A stretch of DNA of 56,021 nucleotides from a virus (taxonomy: Duplodnaviria > Caudoviricetes), in the IMG/VR virus record IMGVR_UViG_3300017766_005490, positions 1 through 56,021 of that record; one strand, given 5' to 3'. The translations under genes were made by a program, and so were the position numbers. Shown piece by piece: positions 35,774 through 44,416 of the stretch. Under the pieces are notes generated by a model that saw only the letters and a program-made list of their open reading frames with translations, was not told where the DNA came from and made no database searches. Numbering within the stretch: position 1 is the stretch's first letter; the number at the start of each line of letters is the position of its first letter.

Positions 35774-36345
35774 TTGGGTATATGCGCGTGTCATCAGAGG
35801 GGGATCGTCAATCAACAGACTTACAGCGGGACGCATTGATGAAAGCAGGCGTGGACCCCCGTCATATTTATGAAGACAAAATGAGTGGGGGCAAAAGCAA
35901 ACGGCCAGGCTTGGAAAAAGCCTTGGCGTTTTTGCAGCAGGGAGATTGTTTGGTGGTGTGGAAGCTAGACCGTCTGGGGCGGTCCCTGTCTCACCTTCTT
36001 GAAATCGTCACCCACCTTCAAGGGCAGGGGGTGGCTTTTCGGTCGCTTACGGAACACATGGATACCACCACCCCTCATGGAGAATTTATCTTTAGCCTTT
36101 TTGCATCCCTGGCCCAATACGAACGAGCTTTGATTCGAGAACGCGTCATGGCAGGCCTTGAGGCAGCACGAAGGCGGGGAAGGAAAGGGGGCCGCCCTTA
36201 CGCTATTGACCCAGAAAAGATGCAGGCCATTTTGAATGCCCTTAAAAATGGAGACAGCAAAGCTTCCATCTGCCGAACGTTTCAGATTAAGCGCTCTACT
36301 CTATATGATGCGCTAAATCGCCACGCTCAAAAACAAGAAAGTTGA
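35767..36345 (+). CDS. Serine resolvase/invertase
   Basis: GYMRVSS, Q..DLQRDAL, RPGL, LVVWKLDRLGRS, ER.LIRER..AGL..AR..GR.GGRP and HTH; visibly more GC-rich than the genome. Confidence 0.95.
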   Translation: MLVGYMRVSSEGDRQSTDLQRDALMKAGVDPRHIYEDKMSGGKSKRPGLEKALAFLQQGDCLVVWKLDRLGRSLSHLLEIVTHLQGQGVAFRSLTEHMDTTTPHGEFIFSLFASLAQYERALIRERVMAGLEAARRRGRKGGRPYAIDPEKMQAILNALKNGDSKASICRTFQIKRSTLYDALNRHAQKQES

Positions 36346-36474
36346 CAAAAAATAACGGGGTTTGCGTTATTTAGCAACTTTAATAAAAATTTAATAAAAA
36401 TGATAAAATTGATTTGAGTTTTTTTTTCTTTAATTGCTACAATTAAAAATGTTGTTTCTTTTTAAGGTTTTTAA

Positions 36475-37047
36475 ATGTCCATAGTTTCCATACAAAGAAA
36501 AAATATAAACGAATCAAATATAAGCACTCTTTTAGTTGAATCAATTCTTACTAAAGATGATTGTTTATTTGATGAAATTTTAGAAAATGATTTTTTTTCT
36601 GAAGAAATATTGCCTATTAACATCTTACATTTTTGTATTTTGCGTCGGAATGTTCGAGCTTTTTTAAAAATTTTAGAAATAGCACAAAACAATTTAATTA
36701 ATGCGTACGTTGGCATACCAGGGCTTTTAAACCCAAAAACACCACTGGATTGTTTAGGAGCAAAACCCTTCCCAAAATATATTTTAGCTTTTTTAGGGGG
36801 GGCCAAGCATAAAAAAATGAAACTTTTAAAGCAAACCAACATAATGAGAGATGCGCTAATTCAAAAAAATGCAAAATTAACCGTTACAAACTGGGAATTT
36901 CAAAAAGAGCTGTTTGTTGAAATAATATGTAAAGAATTTCCATTTTTAAACAATTTTAGAAACCCCTTTAAAAATCGCTCTAGTATTTTTTGCACAATTT
37001 CTCCAGTAACTCTGTTTGTCGCAAAACAAGATTTTCAAGATTTGTAA
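36475..37047 (+). CDS. Putative ankyrin-repeat-like protein
   Basis: NILHFC....N....KILE....LIN........KTPLD pattern. Confidence 0.45.
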   Translation: MSIVSIQRKNINESNISTLLVESILTKDDCLFDEILENDFFSEEILPINILHFCILRRNVRAFLKILEIAQNNLINAYVGIPGLLNPKTPLDCLGAKPFPKYILAFLGGAKHKKMKLLKQTNIMRDALIQKNAKLTVTNWEFQKELFVEIICKEFPFLNNFRNPFKNRSSIFCTISPVTLFVAKQDFQDL

Positions 37048-37459
37048 GGCGTCTGGAAACGCCTTTTTTTACAATTTTTCCACCAAAACGGTCAAAAACC
37101 ATTTTTCTATCGCCATAAATAATGTCTTTTAAAACTTCTTCATTCACCCAAAAACAGGTATTGGTGCCGTATGTGTCTTTGTGCTTTCCTAGCAATTTTT
37201 CACAAGTAATTATATTATTTTTTATAAGCTTTGAAACGTTTAAACGTGTTGTCACCTCTTTTAAAGAGGCCATATGGGCCAAGTCAGAGAAACTGCAAAT
37301 AATAACTTTTTTTTCATCAATTTCTATGTAGTAATCATAAATGCCGCGAAGTAAACACCAAATTATTTTCTTTTGTGAAAAAGTAAATTTATGCGAATCG
37401 AATAAATCTTCTTTAAAAAAAAGATTTCCAACAACAGGTTTATCAAATTTGTCTCTCAT
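36980..37459 (-). CDS. Winged-helix DNA-binding protein
   Basis: CSFSDLAHMASLKEVTTRLNVSKLIKNNII. Confidence 0.55.
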   Translation of the reverse strand: MRDKFDKPVVGNLFFKEDLFDSHKFTFSQKKIIWCLLRGIYDYYIEIDEKKVIICSFSDLAHMASLKEVTTRLNVSKLIKNNIITCEKLLGKHKDTYGTNTCFWVNEEVLKDIIYGDRKMVFDRFGGKIVKKGVSRRLTNLENLVLRQTELLEKLCKKY

Positions 37460-37471
37460 ATTAAAATTTTA

Positions 37472-37870
37472 ATGCATAAATCAGGAAAAATCACTATGGA
37501 AAGTTTTAAAATTTGTTTAAAGTTTGCAGAAAATGTCTGTGAAACAGGGTACCCTAAAGATCATGAAAAATTTGTTAATGATTTGAAAAAAGTTTTAAAA
37601 AATTCTTGGCCTGGGTCTCGTTTTTTAACGCGTTCAGGAATTGTTCAACTTACGGGCAATGAAACTGTAGATCAATTAAATTTCAAACTTGACCAAATTA
37701 TTGGCAATATAAACACGTTTAAACAATTTGAAAAAGAAGTTTTGTTTCTAGGAATTTCTTTGGAAAAATTTTTGTATTCCCCGCCAATTGATTTCAAATC
37801 AGGAGGAATCGAATTGATTTCAAATCAGGAGGAATCGAACCCCCGTCCTCAGCCCCAAAGACTAAGATAA
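37472..37870 (+). CDS. Hypothetical protein (3' end overlaps the tRNA-like gene in antisense)
   Basis: ORF with AGGA RBS before the second Met (MESFK). Confidence 0.4.
   Translation: MHKSGKITMESFKICLKFAENVCETGYPKDHEKFVNDLKKVLKNSWPGSRFLTRSGIVQLTGNETVDQLNFKLDQIIGNINTFKQFEKEVLFLGISLEKFLYSPPIDFKSGGIELISNQEESNPRPQPQRLR
37786..37837. repeat. 26-bp tandem duplication of the tRNA 3' end
   Basis: AATTGATTTCAAATCAGGAGGAATCG twice. Confidence 0.9.
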
Positions 37871-37890
37871 TGCCACTATACTATAATTTG
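37820..37890 (-). tRNA. tRNA-Gln(TTG)-like, atypical
   Basis: Cloverleaf CAAATTA/TGATTTG; D loop TAGTGG; TTAGT-CTTTGGG-GCTGA; GGGGG-TTCGATT-CCTCC; many G-U pairs; no encoded CCA. Confidence 0.65.
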
Positions 37891-38038
37891 AAATCGCTCA
37901 TTTTATAAGCATTAGATGAGCAAGTAAAATCCTGGTTTACTTCAGCGTCAAACATACAATTCAAGCTTTTTCAATTAAGAAATTTTAACTTGGTTTCAAT
38001 ATAACATTTTTTTGAAGAAAAAAGAAATAAAAAAATAT

Positions 38039-38117
38039 TGGGACGCTTGGGGGAGTCGAACCCCCTTCTGACGGCTTTTTTTAGAAGCCCTGTCTTGCCA
38101 AAATAAACGAAAGCGTC
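38039..38117 (-). tRNA. tRNA-like gene with AAA anticodon (Phe-like), atypical
   Basis: GACGCTT/AAGCGTC acceptor; GTTT/AGAC D stem; GGCTT-CTAAAAA-AAGCC; GGGGG-TTCGACT-CCCCC; followed directly by CCA. Confidence 0.6.
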
Positions 38118-38172
38118 ATGTATGGTGTTTTTTCATTAATAATTGTATTATTGTTTCAAAAGAAAAACAACT

Positions 38173-38676
38173 TTAAACGTTGGAAAAACCCGAAAAAATG
38201 GACCAACTGCCAAAAAAAGGCAAACATTCGTAAAAATTATCTCTAATTGTTGTTGAAAAACCAGCTAAATAGCTAGGTATCATCTCGCCACCTTCATAAA
38301 CACAACAAATACTTTTTGTTGTAATGTTGTGGGCAAAATCACATAAATAACGCGTTGTAATTGCTTCATCCCAAGATGGGTACGTTGTAAAAGTTACTTC
38401 AGCTTGTCCTTCATAAATTTGTTGCTCAAAAAAATTTTTGCAAGGAGCTTGAATAAGAGGTGATAAATTTTGGTTTGAAAGATAAAAAAAAGGCAGCATT
38501 GTAAGGCTAACGCCGCCCACTAAGTAAATACAACCTTTTAACAGTTTTAAACAAGCTCGCCGTTCATTTGCTCGAGCGGCTTCTTGCTCAAGTAAAAAAT
38601 CTCTGGCGTTGTTTTCCATTGCACAACAAGTTGTTAAAAAACTTAGAGAAATTATTAGAAAAATTTTTTTAATCAC
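38173..38676 (-). CDS. Signal-peptide plus TM protein, Cys-rich
   Basis: GTG start overlaps the upstream stop; MIKKIFLIISLSFLTTCCAME. Confidence 0.55.
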   Translation of the reverse strand: MIKKIFLIISLSFLTTCCAMENNARDFLLEQEAARANERRACLKLLKGCIYLVGGVSLTMLPFFYLSNQNLSPLIQAPCKNFFEQQIYEGQAEVTFTTYPSWDEAITTRYLCDFAHNITTKSICCVYEGGEMIPSYLAGFSTTIRDNFYECLPFFGSWSIFSGFSNV

Positions 38677-38987
38677 AATTTTTTCCTTTGCGCAACAATT
38701 TTTTGATAAAGACGTTTTTCCATGTTGTCCCACCATACAGACATTTCGTTATTTTTTGGGATTGTTTGAGCTTTCAAAATTTTACCGTTTTCGTTTTGAG
38801 CTGCTAAAGAACTTTCAATATTTTCACAAACTGGCTCTTCTGGCTCTATTAATTTTATCGTGTCTGCAATCAATTTTAAACAATCTTTAACGGTATTGCT
38901 TAAAGATTTGTTTTGTTTTGTGGAAAAATCTTTAAAAAAATTATAAAGATCGTCGTTTAAGTAAACTTTAATGCTTTTTAGAGCCAT
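38673..38987 (-). CDS. Ribbon-helix-helix DNA-binding protein
   Basis: KSIKVYLNDDLY....DFS..QNKSLSN.V..CL. Confidence 0.6.
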   Translation of the reverse strand: MALKSIKVYLNDDLYNFFKDFSTKQNKSLSNTVKDCLKLIADTIKLIEPEEPVCENIESSLAAQNENGKILKAQTIPKNNEMSVWWDNMEKRLYQKIVAQRKKL

Positions 38988-38992
38988 TTTTT

Positions 38993-39400
38993 TTATATTT
39001 CCTTAATGAATTTGATGGCATCTGTTAAAGTTCGAGCAATGCCATATTTAACTTTATTTTGTTGGCACCAGTTCATAAATATTTTTTGGTTTTTAGAAAG
39101 CTTGCCAGTGCCCGTTTTAAGCTCCAAGGCGGCACATTTTCCATTTCCTAAGAATATGAAGTCTGCTACCCCTGGAAGCTTCCCTAAAGCTTTTAATTTA
39201 GCGCCAAACACAAACTGTTTTGCATTTGAAACTTCGTTTGCCACATGAAACCAAACATACGGCAAACGATTTTCTAAAGTCTCTTGAGTCAAATAGGTTC
39301 TTAACGCATAAGCCAAAGAATCTTCTTCTTTCAAAGGTTTTGAGGATTTGAAAATTGACCCTTCTAAGAGATATGATTGTAAGTCAAAATTGTTTGTCAT
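38993..39400 (-). CDS. VRR-NUC domain nuclease
   Basis: FHVANE, LKA.G..PGVADF, LELK...GKLS.NQ.F motifs. Confidence 0.85.
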   Translation of the reverse strand: MTNNFDLQSYLLEGSIFKSSKPLKEEDSLAYALRTYLTQETLENRLPYVWFHVANEVSNAKQFVFGAKLKALGKLPGVADFIFLGNGKCAALELKTGTGKLSKNQKIFMNWCQQNKVKYGIARTLTDAIKFIKEI

Positions 39401-39411
39401 TGTAGATTATT

Positions 39412-39618
39412 TTATCCACTCAAACATACAACATATTCGTGAATTTCTGTAAGTTTGGAAAAATCGCTATTTTTAGATTCAGTCTTATAAACTTTGGATT
39501 GAATATATAATAACTGTGTATTTTCTAAATAAATATATTCATCACTTAGCATTTTTAAAACAATTTTAGTATCTTCATCAAATTGATTCAAAAGTTCTTT
39601 AAGCTGTTTAACGTTCAC
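39412..39618 (-). CDS. Hypothetical phage protein
   Basis: MNVKQLKELLNQFDED N-terminus, common in small phage proteins. Confidence 0.55.
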   Translation of the reverse strand: MNVKQLKELLNQFDEDTKIVLKMLSDEYIYLENTQLLYIQSKVYKTESKNSDFSKLTEIHEYVVCLSG

Positions 39619-39998
39619 ATCAAATCTCCCCTAATGGTATTTAAAATGTCTTCAACTTTTTTATCATCTTCATCATTTAAATCCATACCGTCTTCTTCGC
39701 ACCAAAGGTTATCTAAAATTTTTTCCCGTTCCATATCTTCCAAAAGCAATTCAGTTAACCATATAATTTTTTTTAAAGTTATTAAAACTAGTTTGATAAA
39801 ATCATCGTTTTGTTCTTTGCTGGAAAGCACTAAAGCAACCATTTTTTGAATAAGCTTTAACGTTTCAGAATTACTCATTTGCAAAAGGTTGACTTTTTCT
39901 TCAGAGGTAAAACATTTTTCATTTAAAAACTCTTTCATTTTGCGCAAATTTCTTTCACAAAAACGGCACCATTGTTTATTTATATATTTTTGTTGCAT
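39615..39998 (-). CDS. Hypothetical protein with one copy of the helical repeat
   Basis: ETLK......VLS.K.....LKK.I.L....EDMER. Confidence 0.55.
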   Translation of the reverse strand: MQQKYINKQWCRFCERNLRKMKEFLNEKCFTSEEKVNLLQMSNSETLKLIQKMVALVLSSKEQNDDFIKLVLITLKKIIWLTELLLEDMEREKILDNLWCEEDGMDLNDEDDKKVEDILNTIRGDLM

Positions 39999-40705
39999 TA
40001 TTTTTCCTCATAAAGCGTTTCATTTCGTTCTAAATCCTCAATGCAAAGATCAAGAAGCCAAATAGCTAGTTTTAATTTTTTAGAAATAGTTTCTGAAAAA
40101 TTAGAACTATCCTTGTCGGAAAGTACAGGCTCTAATGTTGCCTTAGTAAACTTTAATGTTTCCACTAAGTTGATAATTTCAACAAAAGGAAAAAAGTCTC
40201 TCAAACTTTCTGCTAATTTGTCTGTTAAAATAATTTCTGGCTGTTTTTGCTTGTTTTTGCGTTCTAAATCCTTAATGCGAAGATCAAGATGGCAAATAGT
40301 TTTCTTTAATTTTTTAGAAATAGTTTCTGAAAAATTAGAACTATCCTTGTCGGAAAGTACAGACTCTAATGTTTTTTTAGTAAACTTTAATGTTTCTAAT
40401 AGGTCTAAACCTAAAATTTCTGTGTATTCCTCAAACGTAAAAAAATTTTTACTGTCATCTTTAAATTTTTTTATATAAATTGTTTCATTTCGTTCAAAAT
40501 CCTCAATCAATCGCCAAACAAGAGAAAGAGCTTGTTCTAGTTTTCTATGGGCAATTTCTGAAAAATTAGAATTGTCTTTGTTAGAAAGCACGTTTTCTAA
40601 GTTTTTCATAATAAATATTAATTTATCATAATTATCAAAATAGAATATCTTATTGTGTTCTTCAAACGTAAACCCATCCAAATATATTTCTGTTGTTTCA
40701 TCCAT
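39998..40705 (-). CDS. Protein with three internal helical repeats
   Basis: DNA repeats 40026-40162 and 40260-40396, plus a diverged third copy near 40490-40600. Confidence 0.65.
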   Translation of the reverse strand: MDETTEIYLDGFTFEEHNKIFYFDNYDKLIFIMKNLENVLSNKDNSNFSEIAHRKLEQALSLVWRLIEDFERNETIYIKKFKDDSKNFFTFEEYTEILGLDLLETLKFTKKTLESVLSDKDSSNFSETISKKLKKTICHLDLRIKDLERKNKQKQPEIILTDKLAESLRDFFPFVEIINLVETLKFTKATLEPVLSDKDSSNFSETISKKLKLAIWLLDLCIEDLERNETLYEEK

Positions 40706-40707
40706 TT

Positions 40708-41550
40708 TTAATCCGCCTCCTTAACACGGTGTGCTTCAGTATCAACAGTTTCAGCTTCTACATCGATAATTTCGGAATCAACGGACAAATCTATCAAATC
40801 GTCAGCTAACGTGTCTGTTGAGTTGGTTTTTGGTTGTTTTTGCGTAATTTCGCCTGTTTCTGTGATAACAAGCGATTCATCATCTGGGTCAGGCAGTTCT
40901 GGCAAAGAAGGACTTTTAGGCAATGTCTTATAAAGTTTTCGAATGGCTTTGCCAAGCGCCATGCTGTCAAAACCATTTGTCCAAAAAATTTTAGTTTTAG
41001 ATGGTGATTTTTCTTGAGCTTCTAAAGCTTCCTCAAGTGACAAAATTGCAAATTTGTAAGTTCCATCTTTGAAAGTTAAATCTGCATAATACAACGCTGC
41101 CCCCCCTTTTTTTGAAAAAGTTGGTATGTGGTGCAAAAATTCGTCTTTTCCATATTGCACTTGAAATTTATGTTCTTCAATTTCGTTTTGATAAACAATT
41201 CGCGTATTGATTTTAGCAATTGAAGGTTGACGATATAAAAGCTCAACCATGCCTTGGTAGCCAATCTGAAAATTAAGTTCTCCCTTGTAGGGAACAACAT
41301 AAGCATAGCCAAAAACGCTTGAAATCTTTAAACCATATTGAGCTGATTGGATAAGGCAATTTAAAATTGATTGAGGCGAACACTCTAAAATTCTTTTATT
41401 AATTCGGCACTCATTAAATAAAAATGAAATTACCGTTTCTGGGGTGATAAAATTTTTATAGGGTTCTAATTTTTCCAACCATTCATGTCTTTTTGAACCG
41501 TTTTGGTCTAAATATTTTTTGTTTAGACTTATGAGATCAGCATTCATCAT
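40708..41550 (-). CDS. recT: RecT-family single-strand annealing protein
   Basis: CSPQSI...L.Q.AQ.GL, G.AY.VPY, FQIGYQG..EL and FD.MA..KAIR motifs. Confidence 0.9.
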   Translation of the reverse strand: MMNADLISLNKKYLDQNGSKRHEWLEKLEPYKNFITPETVISFLFNECRINKRILECSPQSILNCLIQSAQYGLKISSVFGYAYVVPYKGELNFQIGYQGMVELLYRQPSIAKINTRIVYQNEIEEHKFQVQYGKDEFLHHIPTFSKKGGAALYYADLTFKDGTYKFAILSLEEALEAQEKSPSKTKIFWTNGFDSMALGKAIRKLYKTLPKSPSLPELPDPDDESLVITETGEITQKQPKTNSTDTLADDLIDLSVDSEIIDVEAETVDTEAHRVKEAD

Positions 41551-42484
41551 TGTTTCCTTTCGCTACTCTAAAAGTGCGGCTTTGAGTTGTTTTTATAAAA
41601 TTTTCATACAAATCTGGATGGTCAGATTTAAATTTTTTTGAGTCAAAAGTTTTTCTAGACGTATTTTTGTAAGTAATTAAAATTTGACCAATAGTATCAA
41701 TTAAAATTTCTTTTGACGAGATAAATTCAGCTAATATGGCTTTTTTTTCATCAACTAAAACGGATATTTCTTTCTCTTTTTCAATTAGGTTTAATAATTC
41801 CGTGTAGACACTCAAAATCTCAGGAGAAGCTATTGCAGATGAATTGCCGTCCACTTGCAGACGGCTATTGTAACGCAACGTCTCTTGAGCACTTAATGCG
41901 GCAGGTGGGGTTTTTTTAAGAACACAATTTTCCCAAAAGTTTTTAGCAATCTTTACAATGCTTTGCTCAAGCTTTTCATGACGGTTGTATCTGTAAATAT
42001 GTATTTCAGGGTGTGAAAAATGGGAAATACCCACAATAATATCAACGTAAGGAGCATTATAAATTAACGCGTAAAACGCGCATTGTAATTTATAGGCATC
42101 GGGGATTTCATCAGTTCCTGGAGTGCCCCATTCCTTAAAATAGTTATTTGAGCAGGTTGTTTTGACTTCAAGAATACCGCCATCCTCAATAAGGCCATCA
42201 ACACGGGCAACCATGTAATCATAAGAAGGGTGACGTTTAATAGGGGCATCTTTAACGTTTTTTCCAGTTCTTTGCGTGTATTTTCGGATTAGCCAAGGTT
42301 CAAGCTCAGAACCTATTTCTGCAGGTATATTTTCTTCTTCCTCCACATCTTCGTCAATTAGCGTAATTTTGTCCAAATAAATATCTCGAGGACCCTTATA
42401 TTTTGATTTACCACAAATGGGGCCAATGTCGCTGCCCCCAATCATGTTTTTTCGTTCTTTTTTTTCTTCAAACGTCAGTGCCAT
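41537..42484 (-). CDS. YqaJ-like viral recombinase exonuclease
   Basis: R...IGGSD...I.G.SKY, G..LEP, A.VDG, LEVKT, WG....EIP..Y..Q and FW motifs. Confidence 0.92.
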   Translation of the reverse strand: MALTFEEKKERKNMIGGSDIGPICGKSKYKGPRDIYLDKITLIDEDVEEEENIPAEIGSELEPWLIRKYTQRTGKNVKDAPIKRHPSYDYMVARVDGLIEDGGILEVKTTCSNNYFKEWGTPGTDEIPDAYKLQCAFYALIYNAPYVDIIVGISHFSHPEIHIYRYNRHEKLEQSIVKIAKNFWENCVLKKTPPAALSAQETLRYNSRLQVDGNSSAIASPEILSVYTELLNLIEKEKEISVLVDEKKAILAEFISSKEILIDTIGQILITYKNTSRKTFDSKKFKSDHPDLYENFIKTTQSRTFRVAKGNNDEC

Positions 42485-42887
42485 CTGATTTTTCCTCTAT
42501 TACTGGCTGATTTGCGTAAATAATTAGTCCTTCATCTGTAATTTCATATTTTACAGCATGGGTAGTAGTTTTTTGATCGGTTATTTCTGACTGCGGAATC
42601 AATAAAAATGATGCGTTAATAATCATAAAAGAACCATAAGGTCTAGAATATACTTTTTGACCTAAATATTCTTTTCCAGCTTCAGATTTGCACAAAAGCC
42701 ATTTCCATAAATCTTTATCATCAAAAAATATTGAAACTGCATCGTTTTCTGAAATGTTATATAGCTCTAATAAAGATTTGTGTATTTTTATGTTAACACT
42801 TTTTTTTCTTATTTTTTCAAAATATATACGCACAAAATGTTTATTATTATGAATTTTTTTATTTATTTGTTTGTTTCTTATCCACAT
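42468..42887 (-). CDS. Hypothetical protein
   Basis: First gene of the recombination operon; AAGGA RBS. Confidence 0.55.
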   Translation of the reverse strand: MWIRNKQINKKIHNNKHFVRIYFEKIRKKSVNIKIHKSLLELYNISENDAVSIFFDDKDLWKWLLCKSEAGKEYLGQKVYSRPYGSFMIINASFLLIPQSEITDQKTTTHAVKYEITDEGLIIYANQPVIEEKSDGTDV

Positions 42888-42910
42888 GATGTAATCCTTA
42901 TTGTTAAGCG

Positions 42911-42953
42911 CAAACTATACCAAACTATACCAAACTTTACTTGGTTTTGTCAA
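42911..42953 (-). promoter_or_regulatory. Promoter overlapped by three tandem 10-bp repeats
   Basis: TTGACA-18bp-TATAGT; CAAACTATAC twice plus CAAACTTTAC. Confidence 0.6.
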
Positions 42954-43026
42954 GATTAAAAAAACATGGACAATTTTGGAAAAAATCTTCATCATAATAG
43001 TATTGTTAATTTAAAATTTTAAAAAA

Positions 43027-43545
43027 ATGAACAAAATTAATTTAATTTGGGAAATAATTTTAAACCAATTGGAAAAAGGATTTGTTAGTGATCCAAATGA
43101 TCCAGGGGGGGCAACAAAATATGGTATTTCGGCCAGAAGTTACCCAAAGCTAGACATTGAAAATTTAACAGCCGATCAAGCTAAAGAAATTTTTATCAAA
43201 GATTTTTTTAACCCAATTTATGCGCACAAATGGTTGTCTATTAACCAAGATTTAATGGCTTTGCACTTAAGCGCTTTTGCTTTTCATGCCAGCGTTAAGC
43301 AATCTGTCAAAGCTATTCAAAAATCTTTAAATTTGTCAATTAATTCAACGTTAATTGTAGACGGCGTAATGGGGCCTAAAACCATTCAAATTATAGATTC
43401 TGTGACAGAATCTGTTTTCCATGAAAAAAACATAATGGCAAAAACAGAAGGTTTTATTCAATCATACTACACTTCTTGCGCAAATTTTAAGGACTACGCA
43501 AAAGGTTGGTTAAATCGTTTGGCCCAAATCAATAAAAGCTTTTAA
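43027..43545 (+). CDS. Glycoside hydrolase family 108 lysozyme (endolysin)
   Basis: EKGFV.DP.DPGGATKYGIS, VDG.MGPKT and GWLNR motifs. Confidence 0.9.
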   Translation: MNKINLIWEIILNQLEKGFVSDPNDPGGATKYGISARSYPKLDIENLTADQAKEIFIKDFFNPIYAHKWLSINQDLMALHLSAFAFHASVKQSVKAIQKSLNLSINSTLIVDGVMGPKTIQIIDSVTESVFHEKNIMAKTEGFIQSYYTSCANFKDYAKGWLNRLAQINKSF

Positions 43546-43715
43546 GATTTTTTATTTTCTTTAATCAACGCAATTGCGCTAATCAACGCGCCAATGAAAA
43601 GTAAATTGTTCCAAGATGGGCTTAGCACACCATCTGCCCAAACATCTTGGAACAAAGCTAAGCATATGATGAGTAAAGCTATGCTTAAAAAAACAAGTTT
43701 TGCCAAACTTAACAT
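43542..43715 (-). CDS. 57-aa two-TM protein, holin candidate (not in the ORF track)
   Basis: MLSLAKLVFLSIALLIICLALFQDVWADGVLSPSWNNLLFIGALISAIALIKENKKS; AAGGA RBS; converges on the lysin. Confidence 0.5.
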   Translation of the reverse strand: MLSLAKLVFLSIALLIICLALFQDVWADGVLSPSWNNLLFIGALISAIALIKENKKS

Positions 43716-43774
43716 AATATTAATTCCTTGAATAAAAATTTCTTAATTAAAATTGTAACATAATTTCAAAAAAA

Positions 43775-44416
43775 TTATGTGTATTTCTTAAATTTGCTAG
43801 GTTCAGCAGATTTTTTAATAAAATCTTCTAACTTGCGCACTTGGTCAGCTAAGAGTTGAACATCTTTTTTTAAAGTGTCTCTTTCTTTTTCAAGCGTTAA
43901 TACTTTTTCAGATTTAGCAACGTCAATTTCTGTACTTTTTTTCAAAGAATCTTCAAGGAAATTAAGCCTTGGTTCAATTTCAGAAAGTATTAAAAGTTCT
44001 CTTCGCGTTCCAAGAATATTTGTAATTAAACTTGCATCTTCTATTGACAGCTGCCCGTCAAACATAGCTTGCAAAACTTCGTCGTAAGCTTTAATCAAAT
44101 CTGACAACGATTCAATTTTTTGGGAAAAATTAACTTTTACATAATTTCGTGGTTTTGGGTCTGGAAACAATTTTTTGATGCAAGTGTTAATTGCTTCTTT
44201 GTCTCCTTTTTCAACATAGCTTTTAAAAACATCAAAAGCTTTGTTTAGCGTTTCCTCGCCCATAGCGTCAGTAAATTTGCAAATAGAAAAACGATCTTTT
44301 GAAGGCGATGGGGGGGCAATTTTTTTTTTTTCAGGAATCAAAATATCTGCGGATGATTGACCTAAGTCATCAAGCTTTTTTTTAATTTTGTCTTTTTTTC
44401 TTTGATTGATTGTCAT
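43775..44416 (-). CDS. Putative terminase small subunit-like protein
   Basis: GD..AI......L.P, I.S..D.......VL.A...G.LS.EDA and E.RL..LE, resembling DUF5681-associated proteins. Confidence 0.45.
   Translation of the reverse strand: MTINQRKKDKIKKKLDDLGQSSADILIPEKKKIAPPSPSKDRFSICKFTDAMGEETLNKAFDVFKSYVEKGDKEAINTCIKKLFPDPKPRNYVKVNFSQKIESLSDLIKAYDEVLQAMFDGQLSIEDASLITNILGTRRELLILSEIEPRLNFLEDSLKKSTEIDVAKSEKVLTLEKERDTLKKDVQLLADQVRKLEDFIKKSAEPSKFKKYT

Noticed and set aside
37895-37945. Third tRNA between the two tRNA-like genes
   Set aside because: Two small hairpins only; no T-loop consensus or cloverleaf
38060-38090. Amber-suppressor (CUA) reading of the second tRNA and genome recoding
   Set aside because: A CUA-centred 7-nt loop leaves no anticodon stem, and genes are full length in the standard code
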